NCBI GenBank assembly: GCA_016182965.1
Contig: JACPFM010000075.1
Location: 4,687-68,686, forward strand
Reading direction: 5' to 3'
Source of the DNA: Deltaproteobacteria bacterium
GTDB taxonomy: Bacteria; Myxococcota_A; Polyangia; Polyangiales; JADJMO01
Length of the DNA stretch: 64,000 nucleotides
Below, piece by piece: positions 32,499-41,118 of the stretch. How positions within the stretch are numbered: position 1 is the first letter of the stretch; every line of letters starts with the position of its first letter. Both the position numbers and the translations under genes were made by a program. The notes beneath the pieces are model-generated. The model was not told where the DNA came from. It did no database searches and saw nothing but the letters and a program-made list of their open reading frames with translations.

Positions 32499-32798
32499 TT
32501 ACCCGCCGCGCGATGTCATCAGCGACTTCGCGAAGTTCCCCCAGAAGCGGCTATACGAGAGCTCCGCGATCAGCAGCTCATCCGCCGCGACGGTCACCGA
32601 ATACGATCGCGTGCGCTCGAGCGGCGCGATCGCGATGCGCGCTTCGAGCGCGTGGGTGCCCGGTTGCACCTCGACCTGCACGTCGACGCCGGCCTTGAAG
32701 CCGCCGTCGTAGATCGGCGTGCCGTCGAGCAGCACGCGCAGCCGCGTGTCCATCAAGAAGAACCCCGGCTTCGGGAACACCACGCGCAGGCGCGACAT
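32499..32798 (-). CDS. hypothetical protein (99 aa)
   Basis: MSRLRVVFPKPGFFLMDTRLRVLLDGTPIYDGGFKAGVDVQVEVQPGTHALEARI..., beta-rich with balanced composition. Confidence 0.5.
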   Translation of the reverse strand: MSRLRVVFPKPGFFLMDTRLRVLLDGTPIYDGGFKAGVDVQVEVQPGTHALEARIAIAPLERTRSYSVTVAADELLIAELSYSRFWGNFAKSLMTSRGG

Positions 32799-32947
32799 AG
32801 GTGCATCTTCCCATGGCGGGCCCGCCGTACGCGACTGCTCTCCGCGATGACCTCGTTCCTGCGAGCCCTGCCCCCCGTCGCGATGCTCCGCACCACGATC
32901 GATAGGCCACCGCGGTACTGGGGCGGATTCCGGTGAGCCCGTGATGC

Positions 32948-33751
32948 TCAACGTGGCAAGCCGGGCACCTGCAGCAGCGTCAGCGCCGAGAGCACCGCGA
33001 TCAACGCCGTGTACTCGACGGCGGCGCGTCGATCGCCCTGCGCGGGCGCGGCCCCGGCGAGGCGGAGCAGCGCGACGATCGCCAGGATCGCGACCAGCGA
33101 CTCCTTGGTGAGCGCCCACGCGACGACCAGCACCGCGAGCGCGAGGACACGGCTCCGCCGATCGAGCGCGCGGAAGCCGCGGCCGCCGTCGAGCGAGCCG
33201 AGCGGCAGGAGGTTGAACAAGTTGAGCCAGGCGCTCGCGCGCGCGATGGCGAGCAGGAACGGTGACGCGAGCACCAGACCGAGACCCGCGGCCGCGAGCG
33301 AGGCCACGCAGCCGTAGCGCGGTCCGGCGAGCCCGACGCGCGCGTCCTCGCGGGCGTCGGCGGGGTACTGACGCAGGCGCACGAACGCACCGAAGCCAGG
33401 GACGAACATCGGCGAGGTCGCCGCGATCCCGAGCCGCCGAAGCGCGACGACGTGGCCGATCTCGTGGACGTAGATCGCCGCGATCAGGCCGACCGCGAAG
33501 CTCCAGCCGTAGGCCGTCCAGCAGACGCCCATCGCGACGAGCATCGACAGGAGCGTCGGGAGCTTCGTGAGCCCGAGGACGAGCGGCTTGGCCGCGGAGA
33601 GCGCGAGCAACGCGAGGCCCTTGAGCCCGCACCGAGGGCATCGCGCCGGCCTCGTATTCGAGGAAGAAGGGTGTCGCCGTTGAACTTCCCCTCCATGCCG
33701 AAGCGGCGCCTCCTTCTGCGCTTGCTTCCCGGCGTCCTCGCTGTAGCCCAT
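32948..33751 (-). CDS. M50 family (site-2 protease-like) membrane metalloprotease
   Basis: The HEIGH zinc motif and the NLFNLLPLGSLDGG motif lie within TM segments. Confidence 0.8.
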   Translation of the reverse strand: MGYSEDAGKQAQKEAPLRHGGEVQRRHPSSSNTRPARCPRCGLKGLALLALSAAKPLVLGLTKLPTLLSMLVAMGVCWTAYGWSFAVGLIAAIYVHEIGHVVALRRLGIAATSPMFVPGFGAFVRLRQYPADAREDARVGLAGPRYGCVASLAAAGLGLVLASPFLLAIARASAWLNLFNLLPLGSLDGGRGFRALDRRSRVLALAVLVVAWALTKESLVAILAIVALLRLAGAAPAQGDRRAAVEYTALIAVLSALTLLQVPGLPR

Positions 33752-33824
33752 CGTCAGCGCTCGTTTCTCCACGCGAGACGCCGTGAACGTGACGCGGCGT
33801 CCGCGCGCTGCTACGTCGCCCCGG

Positions 33825-34799
33825 ATGCGCCTTCGCCACGCCGTCCTCCTCGGAGCCCTCGCGCCGCTCGCCGCGATCGTCGCGGCCGCCGAAGGCAGCT
33901 CCGTCGCGCACGCCGCGATCGTGGAGCGCATCGTCGCCGTCGTCGGCGAGCAGCCGATCCTCCTCACCGAGCTCCGCCAGCGCGCGCGCCCGTATCTCAT
34001 CAAGATCTACACGCAGGTCCCGCCGCAGCAGCAGAAGGTCGCGGAGGCCGAGATGTACAAGGAGCTGCTCAACAAGCTCGTCGACGAGCGCGTCGTCGCG
34101 CTCGCGGCCGACAAGCTGAACGTCACCGTCACCACCAAGGAGGTCGACGACGCGGTCAAGCTCAAGGCGGCCGACCTCAAGGTGCCGGTGAGCGATCTGC
34201 TCGCCGAGGCCGCCAAGCAGGGCCTCTCGGAGGCCGACTATCGCGAGGAGGTCCGGCGCGAGCTGCTCTTCGGCAAGATGCTCGAGACGCGCGTGCGCAG
34301 CCGCGTGCGCGTCACCGAAGACGACGCGCGCGAGTACTACAAGAAGCTGCAGGTGCAGGAGCGCAAGCAGCAGACCTACCGCGCCTCGATGATCGCCCTG
34401 CCGCTCGACGAGGGCGACAAGGCGGTGCGCGGCCTCGCCGACAAGATCGTGAAGTCCGCGCGCGTCGGCGCCGACTTCGGCGCGCTCGCGCGTCAGTACA
34501 GCACCGACGCCACGCGCGAGAAGGGGGGCGATCTCGGCCTCCGCTCGCCCACGGCGTTCGGCAAGGGCGTCGACGACGTGCTCCTTCGGCTCGACGAGGG
34601 CGACGTCAGCGAGCCGCTCGTCTCCGGCGGCCGCCTCCTCATCTTCAAGATCACCGATCGCCCGCCGTCGCAGCTGCCCGCCTACCTCGAGGTCCGCGAG
34701 GCCGTCTACAATCGCGTGCGCGAAGAGATGATGCAGAAGCAGATCAAGGTCTGGCTCGGCGAGCTGAAGAGCGGCGTGTACATCGACGTCCGGCTGTAG
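33825..34799 (+). CDS. SurA-like periplasmic chaperone / PpiC-type peptidyl-prolyl isomerase
   Basis: Signal peptide, SurA N-domain-like helices, and a parvulin segment (FGALARQYSTDATREKGGDLG...G.VSEPL). Alternative GTG start at 33783. Confidence 0.75.
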   Translation: MRLRHAVLLGALAPLAAIVAAAEGSSVAHAAIVERIVAVVGEQPILLTELRQRARPYLIKIYTQVPPQQQKVAEAEMYKELLNKLVDERVVALAADKLNVTVTTKEVDDAVKLKAADLKVPVSDLLAEAAKQGLSEADYREEVRRELLFGKMLETRVRSRVRVTEDDAREYYKKLQVQERKQQTYRASMIALPLDEGDKAVRGLADKIVKSARVGADFGALARQYSTDATREKGGDLGLRSPTAFGKGVDDVLLRLDEGDVSEPLVSGGRLLIFKITDRPPSQLPAYLEVREAVYNRVREEMMQKQIKVWLGELKSGVYIDVRL

Positions 34800-34809
34800 A
34801 GGAGGCGCG

Positions 34810-35727
34810 ATGGGCGAGCTCGAAGTCCGCGAGGAGCTCGATTACCTGATCGGAGGTGTCCGCTCGCTGCTCGAGCAGCTGGCCGACTCCGGCGCGCTCG
34901 AGCTTCCCCACGGCGACTGGCACCCCGACACGAACGCGAACGCGAACGCGAACGCGAACGCGAACGCGAACGCGAACGCGAACGCGAACGCGAACGCGAA
35001 CGCGAACGCGAACGCTGACGCGCCTGCGCCTGCGCCTGCGCCTGCGCCTGCGCGTGCGCCTGCGCCTGCGCCTGCGCCTGCGCCTGTGCCCGTGCCCGTG
35101 CCCGCGCGCGCGCCTGCGTCCGAGCGCCGCGTCGTCGACGTCCCCGCCGACGCCGACGCCCGCCGCGTCCGGCTCGCCCAGATCGAACAGATCGCCGCGA
35201 CCTGCGGCCGCTGCGCGCTCCACGAGGGGCGCACCAACCCCGTGTTCGCGCGCGGCAACCCCGGCGCCGAGCTGATGTTCGTCGGCGAGGGACCGGGCGG
35301 CGACGAGGACGCGCAGGGGTTGCCGTTCGTCGGCAAGGCGGGGCAGCTGCTCGACAAGATGATCGTCGCGATGGGCTACCAGCCCGACGACGTCTACATC
35401 GCCAACATCGTGAAGTGCCGTCCTCCGAACAACCGCAAGCCGGAGCCCTCGGAGATGGCCGCCTGCGTCGGTTACCTGCACGAGCAGATCGCGCTCGTCC
35501 GCCCGAAGGCGATCGTCGCGCTCGGTGCCACTGCCTGCGAGGGGCTGCTCGGCATCGGCGGGATCACGCGCCTGCGCGGCACCTGGCGCCTGTACCGGGG
35601 CGAGATCCCGGTGATGCCGACCTTCCATCCCGCGTACCTGCTGCGGAAGCCCGAGGACAAGCGTCTCGTGTGGGCGGATCTGCAGCAGGTGATGGCGCGC
35701 CTCGGCAAGGCGCCGGCGAAGCGCTGA
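34810..35727 (+). CDS. uracil-DNA glycosylase family 4 with a repeat-encoded low-complexity N-terminal linker
   Basis: GGAGG precedes the ATG. Motifs: CALHEGRTNPVF, GEGPGGDEDAQGLPFVG, NIVKCRPP, HPAYLLR. The linker reads (NA)14 DAPAPAPAPAPARAPAPAPAPAPVPVPVPA. Confidence 0.9.
   Translation: MGELEVREELDYLIGGVRSLLEQLADSGALELPHGDWHPDTNANANANANANANANANANANANANANADAPAPAPAPAPARAPAPAPAPAPVPVPVPARAPASERRVVDVPADADARRVRLAQIEQIAATCGRCALHEGRTNPVFARGNPGAELMFVGEGPGGDEDAQGLPFVGKAGQLLDKMIVAMGYQPDDVYIANIVKCRPPNNRKPEPSEMAACVGYLHEQIALVRPKAIVALGATACEGLLGIGGITRLRGTWRLYRGEIPVMPTFHPAYLLRKPEDKRLVWADLQQVMARLGKAPAKR
34933..35016 (+). repeat. hexanucleotide microsatellite (AACGCG)13 plus one imperfect unit, in-frame in the UDG gene
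   Basis: Direct count from the sequence. Confidence 0.95.
35018..35100 (+). repeat. hexanucleotide microsatellite (GCGCCT)n degenerating to (GTGCCC)3, in-frame
   Basis: Direct reading. It encodes the PA/PV repeats. Confidence 0.9.
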
Positions 35728-36060
35728 TCCTGCGTCGTCGCGCCGGGATCGCGGGTCGCGCACGTTCGCGCCGAGACGAATCGGGACGCACGCCCAGCCG
35801 CCCGGTGACGCGCGTCGGAGCCACGGGCGGCCGGGGCCGTATCCACGGGGGGCAGGCGCAGGGACGGATCCCGGCGCGGCCCTCCTGGACAGCTGGCACG
35901 CCGGCCGCAACTATTTCTGGGAATGCAGGCAGACCACTCGGGCGGTCATCCCTCCGTCCCGGGTACCCCGGGCGACGGACGCAGGAGCCTGCGTGATTCG
36001 CTCTATGGCGAGACGATTCGCCGGACGTGGCAGCCGCGTGTCGTTCCACCTCCGATCGGG

Positions 36061-37095
36061 ATGAAGGTTGCGTCGGCCATGCTGGCCGCGCTCTCGGCCG
36101 TCACGACCTGCTTCGCCATCGCCGTCGCCAAGGTCCTGATGATCCCCATCGGGTCCATCCTCTTCGTCGCTGGTTGGCTCGCGTGCTTGTCCATCGCCAC
36201 CTACTTCGGGCCGGGCTGGTGGCGTCGAGATATCCGCGTCGCGCTCACGTCGCGCTTGGTGATCTGGCGGCGCGGGCGGCTGCGGCGCTCGATCGAGCGG
36301 CGCGCGATCTCGTATGCGCGCATCCACTGGCACCCGAAGGTCTCCGGCGTCGGCGATCTCGAGCTGGTTCGCGCGGTGCCCACCGGCGCGCTGCGCCGCA
36401 CGCTCTCGATCACGCTGCCTGACATCGAGGCGCCCGACGCGGTGTGGGCGGCGATCCGCGGCGTCGAAGAGACGCCCGTGCTCGGCGATCGCGCGCGCCC
36501 GCTCGGCCAGCGTCTCGATCCCGACGAGCGCGTGCTGTGGACGGCGCAACCGGCGGCCAACCGCCCCTGGGACGTGCAGCGGCTCGGCACCCTGGGCATC
36601 GCGCTGGTCGCGGTGGTGAGCGGCCTCCGCGCGCTGCTCGGCGGCGTGCACGCGCTCCAGGTCCTGCACCAGGCCGGGCTCCGCACGCTGTCGGCGCCGT
36701 TCGGCGCGATGGCGCTCGCCGTCGGCATCTCGGTGGCCGCGGTCCTCGTAACCGGCGTCGTCGCCGGTTACCACGCGATCTGGCGCCCGCGCCGGCTCGA
36801 CGATGCGACACGCTACGTCGTCACCGATCGTCGGGTCCTCATCCAGCGCGGCACCCAGGAGCTGCACCTCGATCGCGATCGCATCGTCGACGTCATCGAC
36901 GCGCCGCAAGATCACGGGCTGCACGATCTCTTCCTCGTCCTCGGCGGCAAGAACGCGCACGCCCACGCGCTCGCCGGTGCCTTCGGCGAGAAGGTGGTCG
37001 GCGGCGTCAGCGGCCAGCTCTTGCCGGTCCTCCGCGGCGTGCAAGACAGCGAGACCGTTCGCGCGATTCTGACGGACGAGCGACAGGCCGCCTGA
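36061..37095 (+). CDS. membrane protein with two bacterial PH (YdbS/YdbT-like) modules
   Basis: Two TM hairpins, each followed by a soluble segment (VIWRRGRLRRSIERRAISYARI... and RYVVTDRRVLIQRGTQELHLDRDRIVDV). This is the typical bPH_2 pattern. Confidence 0.6.
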   Translation: MKVASAMLAALSAVTTCFAIAVAKVLMIPIGSILFVAGWLACLSIATYFGPGWWRRDIRVALTSRLVIWRRGRLRRSIERRAISYARIHWHPKVSGVGDLELVRAVPTGALRRTLSITLPDIEAPDAVWAAIRGVEETPVLGDRARPLGQRLDPDERVLWTAQPAANRPWDVQRLGTLGIALVAVVSGLRALLGGVHALQVLHQAGLRTLSAPFGAMALAVGISVAAVLVTGVVAGYHAIWRPRRLDDATRYVVTDRRVLIQRGTQELHLDRDRIVDVIDAPQDHGLHDLFLVLGGKNAHAHALAGAFGEKVVGGVSGQLLPVLRGVQDSETVRAILTDERQAA

Positions 37096-37140
37096 TCTCA
37101 CGCAACGTCCTGGCGCGGGAACGGGTATCCTGCGCGGACG

Positions 37141-37614
37141 ATGCGCCCCCTGTTGCTCGCGTTCCTGCCGCTCCTCGTGAGCTGCACGTACGACTTCGAC
37201 GCGTACCTCCCGCGCGGCGGCGCCGACGGCGGTCCGTCCGGCGGCTGCGCGGAGCCCGGCGCGAAGATCGCCGGCGATCGCTGCTACTTCCCGACGGCCA
37301 CGCTCGACTGGGCGGCCGCGAAGAAGGCCTGCGAAGGCGCGGGCGCGCACCTCGCGACGGTCTCGACGAGCGCGGAGGAGGCGATCGTCGAGTCGATCGG
37401 CACCGGCAACCGTTGGATCGGCCTCTCGCGCCCCTCGGGCTCGGCGACGGGCGCCGCGTCGTTCCGATGGGTCACCGGCGAGGCCGTCACCTACCTCAAG
37501 TGGGCGGTGGGCCAGCCGAGCGGCGCCGGCGAGTGCGGGCAGGTCCTCGGCACCGGCGGGTGGGGCGACGACATCTGCAACAAGCCGCTCATCGGGATCT
37601 GCGAGCGTCAGTGA
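37141..37614 (+). CDS. C-type lectin domain lipoprotein
   Basis: LPLLVSCT lipobox. CTLD signature: C.GAGAHLATVSTSAEE...RWIGLSR...FRWVTGE...YLKW..GQPSG.GECG....GGWGDDICN...GICE. Confidence 0.8.
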   Translation: MRPLLLAFLPLLVSCTYDFDAYLPRGGADGGPSGGCAEPGAKIAGDRCYFPTATLDWAAAKKACEGAGAHLATVSTSAEEAIVESIGTGNRWIGLSRPSGSATGAASFRWVTGEAVTYLKWAVGQPSGAGECGQVLGTGGWGDDICNKPLIGICERQ

Positions 37615-37617
37615 TCG

Positions 37618-38259
37618 TCACTCCGGCGGCTGGATGAGCACCGGCGGGTGCTTGCCGTCGCTCGGGATGACCGCATCGACCACCACCTTCGGCGGCGCCT
37701 GCGCCGGCGCGTCGGCCGGGTACTGGAGCGCGGGTCCGACGTGCGCGTCGGCGGCGTCGGCGAGCGGCGGCGGCGCGCCGGTGATCTCGTTGCGCGGCGG
37801 ATCGGGGCAGACGAGCGGCTTGCCGCTCGGGGCGATCGGCCCCGCCGCCGCGTCGCGACCGCCGCCACCCGAAGCGTAGTGCTCGGGCAGGTGCCAGTGC
37901 GGCGGGTACCAGGCGAGCGCGCCGTTGGTCAGGCGCACCAGCGCCGCGCGCGAGAACGTCGCGCCGTACGGAGCCTCGACCCAAGCTCCCGGCTGCCAGA
38001 CCCACTTGCCGGCTTCGGAGGTCGGCGGACCGAGTGACTTCCAGACCCAGTCGCCGTCGACCCACACCGCGCGCTCCGACGGCGGAGAGCCGAGCTGCTC
38101 GGGCTTCGCGGCCGGCGGCGGATACGGGACGCAGAGCGCTTCCGTCGCGTGCGCCGGATGCGGCTGGTACTCGGGCTCCGGTATGCGACTGCGCCCGCAC
38201 GCGGCGAACCCGACGACGGCCGCGCACGGCAGAAGCACGACGATCACGCGAAGGAGCAT
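37618..38259 (-). CDS. Pro-rich lipoprotein, function unknown
   Basis: MLLRVIVVLLPCAAVVGFAACG lipobox. Trp-rich core: VWVDGDWVWK...KWVWQPGAWV. Confidence 0.6.
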   Translation of the reverse strand: MLLRVIVVLLPCAAVVGFAACGRSRIPEPEYQPHPAHATEALCVPYPPPAAKPEQLGSPPSERAVWVDGDWVWKSLGPPTSEAGKWVWQPGAWVEAPYGATFSRAALVRLTNGALAWYPPHWHLPEHYASGGGGRDAAAGPIAPSGKPLVCPDPPRNEITGAPPPLADAADAHVGPALQYPADAPAQAPPKVVVDAVIPSDGKHPPVLIQPPE

Positions 38260-38325
38260 GCGCGACGCGTTGGATGCTGCGAGCGTCCGGCAGCTTCGGT
38301 TTTGAAGCCCCTTCTGAGAGACGCC

Positions 38326-38596
38326 CGGCCTTCAGGCCTGACCATTGGTCACAATTGGAGATTCAGCGAGAAATCCGGCGGTCAGCGGCCGCGAGAGCAG
38401 GTGCATGGAACCCGCACGAGTGATCTTCTTCCCTCACCCCATCCCTCTCCCGGCGGGAGAGGGAGCCTGAGAATTCGCCCAGATTCTCTGCCCTCTCCCT
38501 CCGGGAGAGGGTTGGGTGAGGGCAAATTCCCGTGACCGCCGCAAGCGGTCACGGGCGTCTGGCGTGAGATGAGCCCAATGGTCAGCCTTCAGGCCG
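38326..38596. mobile_element. MITE-like palindromic intergenic element (about 270 bp) with imperfect terminal inverted repeats of about 22 bp
   Basis: Left end CGGCCTTCAGGCCTGACCATTGG. The reverse complement of the right end is CGGCCTGAAGGCTGACCATTGG. Internal nested hairpins: CTCTCCCGGCGGGAGAG, CCCTCTCCCTCCGGGAGAGGG, CCCTCACCC/GGGTGAGGG and CGTGACCGC-cgcaa-GCGGTCACG. No ORF. Confidence 0.5.
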
Positions 38597-38621
38597 GGGG
38601 GAAAATCACTCTCAGCGCGCG

Positions 38622-38852
38622 TCAGCTCCCGTGTCGCGTCAGCGCCGTGCGCAGCGCGTTCAGCGCGCGAAAAAGCGTCGCGTTCTCCTGCATGACCTCG
38701 CGCGAGAGCTCCTTGGCCTGCTCGGCGTCCTCGATGCGCTTGGTGGTCGCCACCATCACGCTGCGGATGAGCGTGGTCAGCTCGCGGTGGAAGCGCTCCG
38801 CCTCCTCCTCGGACGCGAAGCGCAGCGCGCGCTCCTCGCCGTCGTACCTCAT
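38622..38852 (-). CDS. small helical protein (76 aa), last gene of the NrfCD-type operon
   Basis: ATGA overlap with the NrfD-like stop. MRYDGEERALRFASEEEAERFHRELTTLIRSVMVATTKRIEDAEQAKELSREVMQENATLF... Confidence 0.55.
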   Translation of the reverse strand: MRYDGEERALRFASEEEAERFHRELTTLIRSVMVATTKRIEDAEQAKELSREVMQENATLFRALNALRTALTRHGS

Positions 38853-40111
38853 TCCGCGGCCTGCGGCGCGGCGGGCTCGTGCGCCGGCTCCGGCGCCGGC
38901 CTCGGACCATCGGCGCGCAGCTGGCCCGACTGGATCGCGATCGTGACCTTGGCGAACGCGGTGTAGAGGAACGCGCCGAAGGCGACGATGCCGAGGTTGA
39001 GGATGATCTCGCCGGCGTTCGGCGCGTACTCCTCGATCTCGCCGAGCGGGTTGGGCACGAAGCCGGGGAAGACCAGGCCCATGCCCTTCTCGGTCCAGAT
39101 GCCGACGATGGTGAGCACGCACGCCAGGTACATCAGCCTCGGGATCTGCCGCAGCTTGGGCACCAGCAAGATGACGCACGCGGTGACGTTGAACGTGAGC
39201 GCCGTCCAGATGAACTTCGGGAGCATCGAGTGCCCGTGCAGGCCGAAGTAGAGGTACTGCGCCGACGCCGAGTGCAGCGTCCCGGTATAGAACTCCCCGA
39301 AGACCTCGCAGCCGACCAGGAAGAGGTTGATCGGCATCGCGATGCGCAGCACGTAGAGGAAGTAATCGAACACGCTCTGCTTCACGTCGAGCTTCGCGAA
39401 CCGCTTGATCGCGGTGAACAGCAGGATCAGCAGCGCGGGCGCCGAGGCACCGGCGCTGATCAGGAAGCGCGGGGCGAGGATCGGCGTGTTCCAGAACGGC
39501 CGCGCGCCGAGGCCCGAGAGGAGGAAGGCGGTGACCGTGTGGATCGTGACGGCCCAGATCATCGAGAGGAAGACGAACGGCAGGTACATCATCGCCGTCG
39601 GCTTCTTGCCGCGATAGCGGCTGAAGAGCAGGTACCCGGGGATCCACAGGTTCATGAGCAGGTAGCCCGTGAACACCACCACGTCCCACGAGAGCAGCGA
39701 CGTCGGGAGGTTGAGGAAGCCGATGCCGGGCGTCAGGTGCCACAGCCGGTCGGGCCGACCGACGTCGGTCATGATGAACAAGAGGCACATCGAGACGGCG
39801 ACCACGGCCAGCAGCTCGCCGAGGAGCACCAGCTCCTTGATGTCCTCGCGGTGGTAGAGGTACGCCGGCACGACGAGCACCGCGGCGCCGGCGGCCACGC
39901 CGACGAAGTACACGAAGTTGGCGATGCCGATGCCCCAGCTCACGTGGTCCGACATGTTCGTGACCACCAGGCCGGCGTGGAGGTCGTGCGACCACTCCAG
40001 ACCGGCGGCCACGATGAACAGGAGCAGCGTGCCCATCCACACGTAGTACGTGCGGCTGCCCTTGAGCGCGCATAGCGCCATCCGCGGGAAGTACGTGATC
40101 AGGTCTTTCAT
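38849..40111 (-). CDS. NrfD/PsrC family quinol-interacting integral membrane subunit
   Basis: About 420 aa with 8-10 TM helices and an NrfD-like N-terminal region (HVSWGIGIANFVYFVGVAAG). It follows the 4Fe-4S subunit. ATG at 40111 with GGGGAG upstream; alternative GTG at 40129. Confidence 0.75.
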   Translation of the reverse strand: MKDLITYFPRMALCALKGSRTYYVWMGTLLLFIVAAGLEWSHDLHAGLVVTNMSDHVSWGIGIANFVYFVGVAAGAAVLVVPAYLYHREDIKELVLLGELLAVVAVSMCLLFIMTDVGRPDRLWHLTPGIGFLNLPTSLLSWDVVVFTGYLLMNLWIPGYLLFSRYRGKKPTAMMYLPFVFLSMIWAVTIHTVTAFLLSGLGARPFWNTPILAPRFLISAGASAPALLILLFTAIKRFAKLDVKQSVFDYFLYVLRIAMPINLFLVGCEVFGEFYTGTLHSASAQYLYFGLHGHSMLPKFIWTALTFNVTACVILLVPKLRQIPRLMYLACVLTIVGIWTEKGMGLVFPGFVPNPLGEIEEYAPNAGEIILNLGIVAFGAFLYTAFAKVTIAIQSGQLRADGPRPAPEPAHEPAAPQAAE

Positions 40112-40156
40112 GCGAACGCTCCCCGGCACGCCACGCGATCGGCCATGTCGGCCCCA

Positions 40157-41116
40157 TCAACCATAGAAGTAGAAGAACCGCGGCTCGGTCCCCAGCTCCT
40201 CCTTGAGGATCCAGACGCGCTTGTTCTCGACGATCTTGCGCACCTCGCTCTCGGGATCGGCGAGGTTGCCGAACTTGCGCGCGCCGGTGGGGCACGCCTC
40301 GTAGCAGGCCGGATAACGGCCGTTACGGGTGCGGTGCAGGCAGAAGGTGCACTTCTCGACGACCCCGACGGGCCGGATCTGGTTCGAGAGATAACCCTGG
40401 TTCGGGTTGATGCGCTCGGGCTCGATCGAAGGCGCGACCCAGTTGAAGCGCCGCGCGTGGTACGGGCACGCCGCCTGGCAGTAGCGGCATCCGATGCACC
40501 AGTTGTAGTCGACGACGACGATGCCGTCGGGCTCCTTCCACGTGGCCTTGGTCGGACACGCGCGGACGCACGGGGCGTTGTCGCACTGGTGGCACTGCAC
40601 CGGGAGGTAGAACTTGCCCTTCTGCGGGACCTTCTCCGGGTTGTAGTGGACGGTGCCCTTCTCGAGGTGCTGCGAGCCGTTGTCGACCTCGATGACGCGG
40701 ATGTAGCGGATCTCCGGATCGTTCGGGAGGTTGTTCTCCCGCGCGCACGCCTCGACGCAGCGACGGTTGCCGTTGCACTGGCTCAGGTTGAGCGCATAGG
40801 CGAAGTGCACGCCGTCCATCGGCTGCGGGTCGGTGATGTGCACCTTCACGCCGGTGATCGCGCGGGTGCGCTCCTCGAGACGGGCGAAGACCTTCTTCTT
40901 CTCCTCGTCCGTCATCACCTTGTAGTGCTTCTGCAGCAGCGCGTCGAAATCGGGCTTGGTGCCGCACGACGTCGCGGCGAGTGCGGTGGCCGCGCCGGCG
41001 GCGAGCTTCAAGAAGCCGCGCCGGGACTCGTCGTGATCCCCGTGATCGTGATCGTGACCGTGCTCGTCGCACGAGCACGCGTCGGGTTCGCGGAACATCG
41101 GGAGCGACTTTTTCAT
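40157..41116 (-). CDS. Tat-exported four-cluster [4Fe-4S] ferredoxin subunit (NrfC/PsrB/HmcB-like)
   Basis: Twin-arginine SRRGFLKLAAG. Cys groups CNGNRRCVEAC, CHQCDNAPCVRACP, CIGCRYCQAACP and CTFC...CYEACP. An unusual HGHDHDHGDHDE stretch precedes the Tat motif. Confidence 0.85.
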   Translation of the reverse strand: MKKSLPMFREPDACSCDEHGHDHDHGDHDESRRGFLKLAAGAATALAATSCGTKPDFDALLQKHYKVMTDEEKKKVFARLEERTRAITGVKVHITDPQPMDGVHFAYALNLSQCNGNRRCVEACARENNLPNDPEIRYIRVIEVDNGSQHLEKGTVHYNPEKVPQKGKFYLPVQCHQCDNAPCVRACPTKATWKEPDGIVVVDYNWCIGCRYCQAACPYHARRFNWVAPSIEPERINPNQGYLSNQIRPVGVVEKCTFCLHRTRNGRYPACYEACPTGARKFGNLADPESEVRKIVENKRVWILKEELGTEPRFFYFYG

Positions 41117-41118
41117 GA

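Noticed and set aside
34842-35357. Alternative-frame ORFs through the microsatellites, encoding (AF)n or (TR)n repeats
   Set aside because: They are frame artefacts of the hexamer repeats. Only the plus frame beginning at 34810 continues into the UDG catalytic motifs.
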